Source: Chloroflexia bacterium
GTDB taxonomy: Bacteria > Chloroflexota > Chloroflexia > QHBQ01
Assembly (NCBI GenBank): GCA_038229595.1
Contig: JBBROH010000001.1
Span: forward strand, 50,633 to 114,632
Direction: 5' to 3'
DNA length: 64,000 nt
In this document: in pieces, positions 51,827 to 62,039 of the stretch
How the letters are laid out: every line of letters begins with the position of its first letter
Numbering within the stretch: position 1 is the first letter of the stretch
Made by a program: the position numbers and the translations under genes
Notes under the pieces: model-generated
Told to the model about the DNA's origin: nothing
The model's database searches: none
The model's input: the letters and a program-made list of their open reading frames with translations, nothing else

Positions 51827-54109
51827 CTACTTGCCTTCGGTAGCCACTGCGCCGAGGATCAGCTGGTTGACCACCTGCTCTAGCGGGGCGCGGTCGTCGG
51901 TGAAGGGGGCAGGGAAGCCGATGCGAGCGGGGGCAGTGCTGTCGGGTGGGCGGATGTTGCCCTGTTGCAGGGCGCGGGCAAACATGGTCTTGAGGTTGGG
52001 ATTGGTGCCAGCGGCGGCGGTTAGACGGGCGGCATTGGCCGCAAAATCGGCGGCCCTGGTCGGCTGGTTGGTGCCGATCACCATGCTGTTACCGCCGCCT
52101 GCCACGTCTACGATCCAGACGCTGGGATAAACCGCGCTCATCGTGTTCGCAATCGCCTCAACCAGGCGGAAGTCAGCCCCATAGCGACCAGCATTGACGA
52201 CCATCACCCCGCCTGGCGTGAGGCGGTCGCGCACCTCCTGGAAGAACTCGCGGGTGGTTAGCTGGAAGGGGATGTAGGGTTGGCGGTAAGCGTCCACGCC
52301 CACAATATCGTACGTTAGGCCACTGGTGCGGATGAAGTAGCGACCGTCGGCCACGTTGATCTTCACGTTCGGCTCGTTCATCGCAAAGTAGGTCTGGCCG
52401 ATTTTGACGATCTCCGGGTCGATCTCTACGTTGTCTACGCGGATTGGGCCGTAGATGCGCGTAATCTCCTTGCTGACCGTGCCAGCCGCCGAACCGACCA
52501 TGCAGAGGCTCTGCACAGCGGCGGGGTCATGGTTGGGGTTGAAGTAAGGGGCGATGCCAAAGTAGTCCCAGGGGCCACCAACTAGCACCTGGGCCGGGTC
52601 GGGGTTGTACTTGCTGTGGATAGCGTGGCCCTCGTTCAGGGCGAGCAGCATCTGCCCATCACGCTCCAAGACCTGGATGTAGCCATAGGAACTTTCGCGC
52701 TCGGCCACCAGCCTGCCGTAGGGCGCGGGCTTGACCAGGCTGGGTGGCACAAAGAGGATCAGGGCGATCAGCAGGAGCGGGGCAGCCACGGCGAACAAGC
52801 CCCTGCCAGGCTGGGTGATCAGCAACCCGGCGATGCTAAAGGCTAGCAGGATCAGCGATGCGGCCAGGATGGTGCGGAAGGTGCCAATGGTAGGGATCAG
52901 CAAGAACACTGGCCCAAAGGTGCCAATGATGCTACCCAACGTGCTGAGGGCATAGATGCGGCCAGCAGTGCGCCCGCCCCGCTCTACCTTGCCGAGAGCC
53001 AGGCGGATGGCGAACGGCGAGGTCATGCCGACCAGGGTTAGCGGCAGGGCGAACAGGATGATCACTGCGACGAAGGTGGCGGCGATGCTGTTAGGGATCG
53101 CCGCGATAGTGAAGTCCAGCACTGGAGTTGCTAGCAGGGTAGCGAGGGCGAACAGGCCAGCGCAGGCGAGGGTGAGGCTGAACAGGGTGCGCGGCTGGGG
53201 GGCGCGGTCGGCCACATTGCCGCCGAGATAGTAGCCGAGGCTGAGGAAGACCAGGGTCAGGCCGATCAGCACCCCCCAGGTGGTCAGCGAACTGCCGAAG
53301 TACGGCTCCACGAAGCGGCTGGCTGTCATCTGGATCGCCATGCCGCTGATGCCAGAGCAGAAGACGACCAGCAGCAGCGGCCCCCGCCTGCCCCCCCGTC
53401 CAGCCAGGAGCGCGAGCAGGCTGGCGGTGGCTAGCAAACCCGCCACCAGCAGCAAGCTGGCCCGCGCCCCGAAGCTGGGGATCAGCAAGAAGACTGGCAC
53501 GAACGTACCCACAATACTACCTACCGTGCTGAGCGCGTAGATGCTGCCAGCGATGCGCCCGCCCTTCTCTATCGTAGCTTGCTGGCCGCTGGCTGCTGGT
53601 TGGCTGCCTGCGCTGGGCTGCTCGTTGCCGAGGGCCAGGCGGATAGCGAAGGTCGTCACCGTGCCGAGGATCACCACTGGCACGGCAAAGAGGGCGACCA
53701 CCGCTAGCAGTGCGCCAACGAAGCCGCCCACGCTCTCCGACTTGAAGGCAGTTAGCGAGCCTTCGAGGATCGGCTGGGCAAGCCAGGGGACGAGGCCGAG
53801 GAACAACCCGGCCCCCACCGTCATCTGGTAGAGCAGGCTGGCGCGGGGTTGGCGGTCTGCCAGCCAGCCGCCAAGATAGTAGCCTGCGCTCAAGTAGATG
53901 AAGACCAGCCCGATCAGGATCGCCCAGATGTAGAGCGAACTGCCGAAGTAGGGCAGCAGCAGGCGGCTGGCACTCATCTCCGTCGCCATCGTGGTCATCC
54001 CTTCGACGAAGACGAGGCCGACTAGCACTGCCGTCTGTGGGCTGGGGCGGGCAGTAGCCCGGCTGTCAGGTAGGCTGCTGATTACGGTCGGTTCCTGGGT
54101 AGTCGCCAT
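51827..54109 (-). CDS. fused MFS-like membrane domain / spermidine synthase family protein
   Basis: Two repeats of a polytopic module (E/QM.ASR...PYFGSSL..W..LIGL...LS.GYYLGG..ADR). C-terminal aminopropyltransferase-like fold (...VEIDPEIV...DAY...). Confidence 0.8.
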   Translation of the reverse strand: MATTQEPTVISSLPDSRATARPSPQTAVLVGLVFVEGMTTMATEMSASRLLLPYFGSSLYIWAILIGLVFIYLSAGYYLGGWLADRQPRASLLYQMTVGAGLFLGLVPWLAQPILEGSLTAFKSESVGGFVGALLAVVALFAVPVVILGTVTTFAIRLALGNEQPSAGSQPAASGQQATIEKGGRIAGSIYALSTVGSIVGTFVPVFLLIPSFGARASLLLVAGLLATASLLALLAGRGGRRGPLLLVVFCSGISGMAIQMTASRFVEPYFGSSLTTWGVLIGLTLVFLSLGYYLGGNVADRAPQPRTLFSLTLACAGLFALATLLATPVLDFTIAAIPNSIAATFVAVIILFALPLTLVGMTSPFAIRLALGKVERGGRTAGRIYALSTLGSIIGTFGPVFLLIPTIGTFRTILAASLILLAFSIAGLLITQPGRGLFAVAAPLLLIALILFVPPSLVKPAPYGRLVAERESSYGYIQVLERDGQMLLALNEGHAIHSKYNPDPAQVLVGGPWDYFGIAPYFNPNHDPAAVQSLCMVGSAAGTVSKEITRIYGPIRVDNVEIDPEIVKIGQTYFAMNEPNVKINVADGRYFIRTSGLTYDIVGVDAYRQPYIPFQLTTREFFQEVRDRLTPGGVMVVNAGRYGADFRLVEAIANTMSAVYPSVWIVDVAGGGNSMVIGTNQPTRAADFAANAARLTAAAGTNPNLKTMFARALQQGNIRPPDSTAPARIGFPAPFTDDRAPLEQVVNQLILGAVATEGK

Positions 54110-54215
54110 CTATGCTCCAATTCGATCAGGTGATTGAGGTTTGCGCTCATTATACCATCTCTGGTACCATTTCGGCTTCTTTCTGCCCTCGTATGCTCCT
54201 GCCACCAGCCCGTTT

Positions 54216-54224
54216 TGGTATAAT
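54216..54224 (+). promoter_or_regulatory. extended -10 element (TGgTATAAT), probably giving a leaderless transcript
   Basis: TATAAT at 54219-54224 with TG at 54216-17. ATG 54231 lies exactly 7 nt downstream. No RBS. Confidence 0.45.
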
Positions 54225-54230
54225 CTCTGC

Positions 54231-55415
54231 ATGACAAAAGTAAATCTATTGGAAGCAAGCCTGGCGGAGGCGGATACGCTGTTGCTGGCTGAGATCGCGC
54301 TGGCTGCCGGGCAGCGGGTGCTGCTCTGGGGCGGTGGGGAGGGCGGGCTGGCGGTCGCGCTAGCCGAGATCGTCGGCGACCGCAACCTGCTGGTGGTGGA
54401 GAGTGACTATGTGGCCCAGCAAGCTGCCGCAGTGACATACCGCGCCAGCAAGCTGGAGATCGCCAGCGTGCCGCCCTCCTACTTCTACGACAGCCCTGCC
54501 CTGCCAGACGCGCCCGACGCAACCCACCGCCTGCGCGATGCTGCGGGTAGGCTACCCGACTTCGACCTGGCGATCCTGCATACTGCCAACCAGCCCAGCC
54601 ACAAAGCTCTTGCTGGCGAGATCGGCATTGCTGGCCGTTGGCTGGGCAACGGTGGCCGCCTCTACGTCGTGGGCGCACGCGACGAGGGGATCGAAGCGGC
54701 GGGCAGGCTGCTAGCCGAAATCTTCCAGAACAGCCGCCTGGTCGCCTACAAGCGCGGCCAACGCCTCTACTCTGCGCTCAAGGATGCTGGCCGCTACCAG
54801 TTTCAGCCCCCTATCTCGGACGCAGACCTGAGCGAGGGCAAGGCTGAGGTTGCGCGCCGAATGCACCCGCTGACGATCCGCGGGCAGGAGATCACGCTCT
54901 ACGAGGGTGAGGGTATCTTCAACCGTGGGCTGCTCGACCCGGCTAGCATCATGCTGGCGGAGACAATGCAGATAGCGGGGGGGGCCAGCGTGCTAGACCT
55001 CGGCTGCGGCGGTGGTGGGCTGGCAATCCTGGCGGCGAAGCTGGGGGCCGCCCGCCTCTACCTGGTAGACAGCAACGACTATGCGGTGAGCCGCGCCCGC
55101 TTCAACCTGAGCCAAAACGGGGTGGCCGAGGCGCAGTTGCACTGGGGCGACGGGGCGAACCAACCGTTGCCGAAGGGGGGCGGCTTCGACGTGGTGTTGA
55201 CCAACCCGCCCTTCCACCAGGGCCACGAGCAGACTACTGCCACGGGCCTCCGCTTCATCGCTACGGCAGCCCGGCTGCTCAAGCCAGCAGGTAGCCTCTA
55301 CCTGGTTGCTAGCCGCTTCATCAAGTACGAGCCGACCATGCGCCAGCACCTGGCTAGCGTTAGCGAGGTAGCGGGCGACGGTAAGTTCAAGGTACTATTG
55401 GGCCGCAAGGCATGA
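54231..55415 (+). CDS. RsmC/RlmG-like rRNA (guanine-N2) methyltransferase
   Basis: Two-domain layout. SAM motif VLDLGCGGGGL. Catalytic motif VLTNPPFHQG. Confidence 0.7.
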   Translation: MTKVNLLEASLAEADTLLLAEIALAAGQRVLLWGGGEGGLAVALAEIVGDRNLLVVESDYVAQQAAAVTYRASKLEIASVPPSYFYDSPALPDAPDATHRLRDAAGRLPDFDLAILHTANQPSHKALAGEIGIAGRWLGNGGRLYVVGARDEGIEAAGRLLAEIFQNSRLVAYKRGQRLYSALKDAGRYQFQPPISDADLSEGKAEVARRMHPLTIRGQEITLYEGEGIFNRGLLDPASIMLAETMQIAGGASVLDLGCGGGGLAILAAKLGAARLYLVDSNDYAVSRARFNLSQNGVAEAQLHWGDGANQPLPKGGGFDVVLTNPPFHQGHEQTTATGLRFIATAARLLKPAGSLYLVASRFIKYEPTMRQHLASVSEVAGDGKFKVLLGRKA

Positions 55416-55468
55416 GGCGGGTAGCCCTGCTGCACCGCCTACCTTATAGCCCTCAATGGAGGTGAAAT

Positions 55469-56227
55469 ATGGACCCGCTCTCGATGATCCGCACCACTGG
55501 CAAGCGCATCCTGGTAGCCGTCAGCCATCCGGGGGAGGAGGCGCGCGACTTTGGTGGGCTGATCGACCGCTACTCGAAGTACGCTGCCCTGGTCGGCCTG
55601 ATCGTGATGACGAAGGGTGAGGCTAGTGCGCTGCCGCCAACGACTCGTCAGGAGGAGAGCAGGCAGGCAATCAAGCTGATCGGGGTTAGCCAGAGCTACT
55701 TCTGGAGCTACAAGGCTGGCACACTGGCGGCTGGCGACCAGAACGAGATGACCCAGCGCGTAACCCAGATCATCCGCCTGCTGATCCCCCAGGTGGTCGT
55801 TACCTACGCGCCCGGCTCTGCGCCCGATGCCGACAACAATGCGCTGGCGAAGGTCGTTGCTGCCGCCGTGCCAGCCGCCGCCGATGATCGCCGCTATGTA
55901 GAGCAGCTAGAGAAGGGCTTGCCAATCCACCAGGCCGACAAGCTCTACTACCTGACTAGCCCCACCCCGCCCCCCGACCCTGAGCAGCAGGCAGACTGGT
56001 ACCCGCCGACAACAGTGCTGAATGTCGCCCGCAACCTTGAGGCGCAGCGGGCAGCCTGGCGCGCCCACCGCAGCCTGAGTGCAGGCACCGCAGCCTTCGA
56101 GCAACAGATCAGCACGCTAGAGGGCAAGGTCTACCTCCATCTAGCAGTCGGCAAGCCGGGCCGCCGCCCAGGGGAGCCGTTCGAGAGCGACCTCTTTGGC
56201 GGCCTCAACACCCTACCGCAGGGCTGA
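55469..56227 (+). CDS. LmbE/PIG-L-like protein with a degenerate metal motif
   Basis: ILVAVSHPGEEARDFGG occupies the position of the AHPDDE motif. Confidence 0.45.
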   Translation: MDPLSMIRTTGKRILVAVSHPGEEARDFGGLIDRYSKYAALVGLIVMTKGEASALPPTTRQEESRQAIKLIGVSQSYFWSYKAGTLAAGDQNEMTQRVTQIIRLLIPQVVVTYAPGSAPDADNNALAKVVAAAVPAAADDRRYVEQLEKGLPIHQADKLYYLTSPTPPPDPEQQADWYPPTTVLNVARNLEAQRAAWRAHRSLSAGTAAFEQQISTLEGKVYLHLAVGKPGRRPGEPFESDLFGGLNTLPQG

Positions 56228-56229
56228 TC

Positions 56230-59200
56230 CTAACTGGCTACGCGCAGGGCTGCATTCATGCGCTCAACTTCGCAGAGCAGACCGAGGCTGGTAAAGAGAG
56301 CGTAGGCTTGTTGCCACAACTCGCGCCCCCGCTGCGGATCGCCCGCCTGCAATTCGTACTCTGCCCAGCTACGCAAACTACGCGCTTCTTCCACCTGGAC
56401 ACCGCCCAGCCTGTAGATCAGGGCTACCTCGGCGTAGCAGTTGCTGGCGGTGTAGAGCCTGCCCTCTGCTTCCACGCCGTTGCAGGCAGCCGCAACCAGG
56501 GCGAGGGCTTCCCAGGCGGTGGCGATGTACTCCGGCCCTTCCGTCTCCTGCACGAAGCTGAGAGCCTGCTGTGCAGCCGAAGCTGCCTCCGCACACCGCT
56601 CCTGCCCCAGCAGAGCTTTGGTCAGCGACTTGTAGGTGGGAACAAGGAAGGGTAGGCGGTCATCGCCTGCTAGCAGCAGAGCCTGCCGCACAGCAGCCTC
56701 CGCCTCGGCATAGCGGCCCAGGCCGACCAACGCCTCACTGATCGTAACCAGGCTGGACAACTCGCCGCGTCGCTGCCCGATCTGCTGGGCAATGGCAACC
56801 GCTTCCGTGCTAAGGCGCAGCGCAGTCTCATAGTTGCCCATCGCCACCCATACCTCGGCCAGGTTGGCGAGAGCGATGGGCAAGATGCCCCGCACCCCCA
56901 TCTGCTGGCCCACTGTCACGTACTCCTCGAATTGCAGCACCCCCTGCTCATAGTCACCTTCGACCATTGCCACCGTGCCAAGTAGATTGAGGCAGTTGGC
57001 GACCAGGCGCAGGTCGCCGATCTCCCGGCTGAGGGATAGAGCCTCCTGCCCCAGCAGTTTCGCCTCGGTCAGCCTGCCTAGCAGATGCAGCACCCAGCCC
57101 CTGCCGTGCAGAGCGCGGGCGCGGGTCGCAGGCGAACCCCCTCGGCGGGCGACCTGTTCGGCCCTGGTCACGCTCTTGAGCGAGGCGTAGTGGTCGCCCA
57201 GTTCGTCTTGGAGGAAGGCAAGGCCGAGTAGAGCCTGTACCTGGCGGTCAGGGTCGGCAGCAGTGGCGGCGGTGCGGCGCATGGCAGCGTAGATCAGCAT
57301 CGCCTCCTCGAAGCGGGCCTGGTTCCGCAGCACCAGACCAAGAGCCTCGTAGATGCCCAACCGCTGACCAGCATAGAGCGACTCGTCGGGGATGAGAGCA
57401 AGGGCTTGCTGATAATGGCGGGCAGCTACGTCGGGTAGATAGCGCACCTCGGCCTGCCCCCCCGCCTGGGCATACCACTGCCCCGCGAGCAGGCGTTGGT
57501 TGCCCTGCTCGTAGTGTAGGCCGAGCAGGGCGGCGTATTCGCCAACCCGCGCGCCGCTCTGCTCTTGAATCCAGGCCGCCATAGCCGCGTGGTAGTTGCG
57601 CCGCACCTTCCGCAGCACCCCCTCGTAGGTCACATCGCGCAGGATCGCATGCTTGAAACTATACTCAATGCTGCCCTGGAAGTCGGAGTCGTTATGCTGG
57701 TAGATCAGCCCCTTGCCCATCAGCGATTGCAGCAAGGCGCGAGTTTCATTCTTGGGCTGATCGTTCGCCAGCCGCTGCACTGCGCTATCCCAGAAGATGC
57801 GCCCTACGACCGAGGCACGTTGGATCGTTGCCAGTTCCTCGCGGCTGAGGCTGTCCAGGCGAGCTTGCAGCACGCCAGTGAGGGTGGGCGGCACGCGCAG
57901 GCGGCCCGGCTGGGCATTAACCACCTGCCACTGCTCCTCGCCACGCAGGATCACTTCCTCCTCAATCAGCATCTTGATAATTTCTTCGATGTAGAAGGGG
58001 TTGCCCTCGGCTCCATCACTGATCAGGTCGAGCAGCGCACCTGGTACTTGGGGGACGGGCCGTAGGATGTCTCTAGCCAGGCTGCGGCTCTCCTCCTGCG
58101 AGAGGGGGGTGAGGTCAACCCGCTGGTAGCCCGCCAACCCAGCCCCCCACTGGGGCTGCTCCTCAAAGAGGATCGGCCTGCTTGCCGCGATGATCAGCAG
58201 TGATTCGCTTTGGCTCTGCTGGGCCAGGTAGGTGAGCAGGGCCAGCGAACCCGCGTCGGCCCAATGCAGGTCATCGAGCAGCAGCATCACCGGGAAGCGG
58301 GCAAGGGCGGCCTGCATCAGGCTGGCAAAGTAGCGCGAACCGTCATCGTGCAACTGGCGTTGGCTCTGCTTGCGCTCTTGCACGGCGGGGCTGTCGCTGA
58401 AGTCGAAGCCGAGCAGTTGGCCCAACACTTGGGCCTGCTCCGCGCTGTCCGGGCCGAGGAAGCTGGCTACCCCGCGCACAAACTTGTCGCAGACGATAGG
58501 GAGCGGATCGTTATCGAGGATATCGAAGCGCAGAGCCAGCATCTCACGCAGCAGCCCATAGGGAACGTTGCTCTGGTTCTGCTCGGCCTGGGCGCGGAAG
58601 TACCAAACGGTCGGGGTGGTGAGGTCAAACCAGATGTTGAACTCCTGGAGCAGGCGCGACTTGCCCATACCAGCCTCGGCTACTATCGTCAACAGTCGTA
58701 GGCTGTTCCCTTCCAGCACCTCCTGGTGGGCCTGTTTGAGCCGCGCCAACTGCCCGTCGCGGCCCACCATCGTGGTCACGACCCCCTCCACTCCGCGCTG
58801 GCTAACCCGCAGCGGGCGGGGCCGCTCGGCGCGAGCCAGGTACGCCTGCACTGCTTCGCTCTTGCCCTTCAAGGCCAGTGGCTCTAGCCGCCGCAGTTGG
58901 AAGCCACCGCGCACCTGACGGTAGACATCCTGCGAGATGACCACCCCGCCAGAGGGGGCAGTCTGTTGTAGGCGGGCCGCCAGGTTGACGCTATCGCCAA
59001 CCACCGTATACTCCCCCCGCGTGCCAATCGTGGTCAGTAGCACAGGGCCAGTATGCACCCCTACGCGCAGGCCCAGTTCGGGCAACAAGCGGCGGTTCAT
59101 CTCCGCAGGCAGGCTGAAGCTGGCAAAGGCGGTCTGCATCGCCAGGGCAGCCCGCACTGCCTGCTGGGGGTCATCCTCGTGGGAGACAGCCGCCCCAAAC

Positions 59201-59565
59201 AAGGCGAGCAGGCCGTCACCCAGGTGCTTGTCCACTACCCCGCCAAACTGATGCACGATAGCGTCCAGTTCGGCCCACAAAGCATCTAGCGCATCGGCCA
59301 CATCCTCTGCGTCAACTGCTTCAGACCAGGCGGTATAGTTGGCAATGTCGGCAAAAAGGATGGTCAGTTGCTTGCGCTGGGCCTGCTGGTTGCGCTCAAG
59401 CAGGGTTAGCTTCTCGCTTAGAGCGGCTACCGCTGCCTCAACCACAGCATCGCCAAGCTGGCTACGTTGGCCCGCCAGCTTGCTGATCGCTTCCTCAATT
59501 TGCTCGCGCTCGTTCACTGCTTCTCCCCCCACCAACTCGCTAGCTAACCTGGATAGTATTCTCAT
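56230..59565 (-). CDS. class III adenylate/guanylate cyclase domain, AAA/STAND ATPase and TPR-repeat protein
   Basis: N-terminal coiled coil. Cyclase core LTILFADIANYT...GDGLLALFG. P-loop AEAGMGKSRL. Long TPR-like C-terminal region. Confidence 0.85.
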   Translation of the reverse strand: MRILSRLASELVGGEAVNEREQIEEAISKLAGQRSQLGDAVVEAAVAALSEKLTLLERNQQAQRKQLTILFADIANYTAWSEAVDAEDVADALDALWAELDAIVHQFGGVVDKHLGDGLLALFGAAVSHEDDPQQAVRAALAMQTAFASFSLPAEMNRRLLPELGLRVGVHTGPVLLTTIGTRGEYTVVGDSVNLAARLQQTAPSGGVVISQDVYRQVRGGFQLRRLEPLALKGKSEAVQAYLARAERPRPLRVSQRGVEGVVTTMVGRDGQLARLKQAHQEVLEGNSLRLLTIVAEAGMGKSRLLQEFNIWFDLTTPTVWYFRAQAEQNQSNVPYGLLREMLALRFDILDNDPLPIVCDKFVRGVASFLGPDSAEQAQVLGQLLGFDFSDSPAVQERKQSQRQLHDDGSRYFASLMQAALARFPVMLLLDDLHWADAGSLALLTYLAQQSQSESLLIIAASRPILFEEQPQWGAGLAGYQRVDLTPLSQEESRSLARDILRPVPQVPGALLDLISDGAEGNPFYIEEIIKMLIEEEVILRGEEQWQVVNAQPGRLRVPPTLTGVLQARLDSLSREELATIQRASVVGRIFWDSAVQRLANDQPKNETRALLQSLMGKGLIYQHNDSDFQGSIEYSFKHAILRDVTYEGVLRKVRRNYHAAMAAWIQEQSGARVGEYAALLGLHYEQGNQRLLAGQWYAQAGGQAEVRYLPDVAARHYQQALALIPDESLYAGQRLGIYEALGLVLRNQARFEEAMLIYAAMRRTAATAADPDRQVQALLGLAFLQDELGDHYASLKSVTRAEQVARRGGSPATRARALHGRGWVLHLLGRLTEAKLLGQEALSLSREIGDLRLVANCLNLLGTVAMVEGDYEQGVLQFEEYVTVGQQMGVRGILPIALANLAEVWVAMGNYETALRLSTEAVAIAQQIGQRRGELSSLVTISEALVGLGRYAEAEAAVRQALLLAGDDRLPFLVPTYKSLTKALLGQERCAEAASAAQQALSFVQETEGPEYIATAWEALALVAAACNGVEAEGRLYTASNCYAEVALIYRLGGVQVEEARSLRSWAEYELQAGDPQRGRELWQQAYALFTSLGLLCEVERMNAALRVAS

Positions 59566-59853
59566 AATACTTACGCAGCAGGCAGCAGATCGGTTGTCTT
59601 CCTGGGGCGATTTTCAGCCCTTTGCTACGCACTGTGCTAGCCAACCCTTTAACTATAGCAAAAAGGTGGCCGCCACTGCTAGCCACAAATGCTAGCCGCC
59701 GCGCACGGTGCTTGCCACCCCCTATCGTAGCTTGCCCTGACCGTGCTATAATCAACAGGCATAGTAGTAAGGGTGCAACAAGCTGCGCCCTGGAGAGTGG
59801 GTGCCGACAGGTAGTTGGCCTCGCATAGTGGCCTTGCGGCCAGGAGGTTGATC

Positions 59854-60801
59854 ATGAGAAAGTCTATTGTGGTACGATTTTTGGCTCTTGCCCTGCTGCT
59901 AGCGGCGGTGCTGCTGCCTCTCAGTCAGGCAGCGGCAGCATATCCCGGTTATTACGCCTACGCCAATCCTGCCTTCTACAACTCGTGGTACAAGGTGGAC
60001 GGCGTGGTGTCGAACGGGGTGGTGCGGCGGTCACTCTATTGGGGGGCGGGGCCGGTCAGCGACAAGCTGGACAATAGCCCCAGCGATCCGGGTCGCATCG
60101 TCCAATACTTCGACAAGGGGCGGATGGAGATCACCGACGCGAACGCCGACAAGAGCGGCCCCTACTATGTCAGCAGCAGCCTGCTGGCGAAGGAACTGGT
60201 CAGCGGTCAGCGGGAGGTGCAGGAGCGGCTCAAGATCGCCCGCAGTTCTGCCCTGATCCCGATTGTCTCTGACATGGACGATGCGCGAGCCGTCACCTAT
60301 GCCAGCTTCAAGAGCCTGATCAACAGCCGGGCTGCCAACATCTCCGTGGGGGTGACTGGCAAGCAGAACCAGCCTATCGCCACCCTCGACTACCAGGGCA
60401 AGGTTGGTAGCGACGGCGGCAAGTTCAACGCTGGTAATACCGCCCTCAACTATGTATACTACGACAACATCATCGGCCACAATGTCCCGCTCGCCTTCTG
60501 GGACTTCCTCAACGCGAGCGGGCCAACCTACGATTGCAGTGCGGCTCGCTGCGTTGTCGGTGGCCCCACCGGGCGCAAGCTAGCCAGTCCCTGGTACCTC
60601 TACAGCGGCCTGCCGATTAGCGAACCGTACTGGATCAAGGCCAAAATAGGCAACCGCCCAAACATGGACGTGCTGGTACAGGTCTTCGAGCGGCGTGTCC
60701 TCTATTATATGCCCGACGGGGCAGCGGGGCAGAAGGTGCAGTTCGCCAATGTTGGGCGCGCCCACTACGTCTGGATTTATGGCATGGAGGGTCTCGGCTA
60801 A
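59854..60801 (+). CDS. secreted hypothetical protein
   Basis: AGGAGG RBS. Signal peptide MRKSIVVRFLALALLLAAVLLPLSQAAAA. No known motif. Confidence 0.6.
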   Translation: MRKSIVVRFLALALLLAAVLLPLSQAAAAYPGYYAYANPAFYNSWYKVDGVVSNGVVRRSLYWGAGPVSDKLDNSPSDPGRIVQYFDKGRMEITDANADKSGPYYVSSSLLAKELVSGQREVQERLKIARSSALIPIVSDMDDARAVTYASFKSLINSRAANISVGVTGKQNQPIATLDYQGKVGSDGGKFNAGNTALNYVYYDNIIGHNVPLAFWDFLNASGPTYDCSAARCVVGGPTGRKLASPWYLYSGLPISEPYWIKAKIGNRPNMDVLVQVFERRVLYYMPDGAAGQKVQFANVGRAHYVWIYGMEGLG

Positions 60802-60840
60802 AACCGCCGCTCTACACCTCCCCGCTTCCAGTAAACAGCA

Positions 60841-60873
60841 AGAGCGCACCGCAAAAGGGTGCGCTCTTTTGCT
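60841..60873 (+). terminator. intrinsic terminator
   Basis: AGAGCGCACC / GGTGCGCTCT 10-bp stem followed by TTTTG. Confidence 0.65.
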
Positions 60874-60891
60874 CTGCAATGGAGCAGGCGA

Positions 60892-61914
60892 TCAGCGTTC
60901 GATGTTACCAAAGGTGTCGCGGGTGGTACCGGCTGCGTCCTTGCTGCTAACCTGGTTGGGGTCGGCAGCGGCGCGGGCGGGCGCATTACTGTTGTCAATG
61001 TAGCCACCTGCCTGGTTCACCGCGTCGCCTACCGTGCTGGCTGCGTCGGGTTGGTCGGTGCGGAGGCTCTCGCTGGCGGTATAGCTGCTGGTTGCGGCGT
61101 ACTGCGAACCAGTGGTGGTCTTGGCGTAGTCTGCGCCACCTTCGGAGCCAGCCAGCCCAGCATTGCCCATCGCGGCATTGCTGGCGGCGGCATAGATCGC
61201 TTCCTGATCGCGCAGGGCGGGGTCGTGTGCATCGAAGTAGTTGGCGGCGGGGTTGTTGCCTGCCTCTATCTCGCTAGCCGGGTAGACCCCACCAGAGAGC
61301 GCATCGCTGGCGACCATCGTCGGGCTGACAGCAGTCATCCTGCCACTGGCGGTGCTACCAATCCCTGCATTGCCATCGGTCAATGCACGGCTGCTGCCCA
61401 CGCGGTTCTGCACATCCTCAGCCCCAGCATCAAGCAAGATGCGGCGGGTAGCAGCCTCGTCCTGACCCGCAGGGTCAACGGTGAGTAGGATACCACCCTC
61501 GCCTACTGCTGTCTGGTAGTATTGTGCCTCCTCGGATGGCACACCCGCATTGGTCAGGCTGCCCAGCAGCCCCCCTGCGACGGCCCCGGTTGCCGCGCCA
61601 ATGCCAGCCCCAGCAGCAGTCCAGGCCAGTGCGCTACCCGCAAGGGCGATTGGGCCGAGAATCGGCAGGGTGAGGATGGTGCCGGTGGCGATCAGAGCGG
61701 CCAGTGCGCCACCAACGACGGTGCCTTCGACGGCACCCGCCCCAGCGACAGCACCAGCGTCGGTCACATCGTTGTCAGCGGCCATTGCCTTGCTGGTGTT
61801 GCGGTTTTGGGCAACTACGCCAATCTTGCTCGCATCATAGCCAGCCGCCTTCAGCTCGCTGATTGCTTGCTCGGCGGCACTCTCAGTGCGGAACAAACCT
61901 ACTACAGTAGCCAT
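60892..61914 (-). CDS. YflT-like general stress protein with membrane-embedded G/A-rich core and disordered tail
   Basis: N-terminus MATVVGLFRTESAAEQAISELKAAGY. GVPSEEAQYYQTAVGEGGILLTV motif. GAGGAGG RBS at start 61914. Confidence 0.7.
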   Translation of the reverse strand: MATVVGLFRTESAAEQAISELKAAGYDASKIGVVAQNRNTSKAMAADNDVTDAGAVAGAGAVEGTVVGGALAALIATGTILTLPILGPIALAGSALAWTAAGAGIGAATGAVAGGLLGSLTNAGVPSEEAQYYQTAVGEGGILLTVDPAGQDEAATRRILLDAGAEDVQNRVGSSRALTDGNAGIGSTASGRMTAVSPTMVASDALSGGVYPASEIEAGNNPAANYFDAHDPALRDQEAIYAAASNAAMGNAGLAGSEGGADYAKTTTGSQYAATSSYTASESLRTDQPDAASTVGDAVNQAGGYIDNSNAPARAAADPNQVSSKDAAGTTRDTFGNIER

Positions 61915-61948
61915 TCTCGCTCCTCCTCTTGGCTGGCGAACTGGTCGC

Positions 61949-62014
61949 CAAACAAAGACGCTGCCCGCGTTGCCAACCACTGCGGTTCAGGGTTGTAGCT
62001 GCGGGCAGCGTCTG
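61949..62014 (-). terminator. long-stem terminator between the two stress-protein paralogs
   Basis: 13-bp perfect stem AGACGCTGCCCGC / GCGGGCAGCGTCT (61957-69 with 62002-14). On the minus strand it is followed by TTGTTTGG. Confidence 0.6.
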
Positions 62015-62039
62015 CTAGTGGTTAAGCTGGCGGTCAGCC

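Noticed and set aside
56230-59565. STAND-TPR protein as an Avs-type anti-phage sensor
   Set aside because: The effector domain is a class III cyclase, typical of signalling proteins. There is no nuclease, TIR or other defence effector and no defence-island context.
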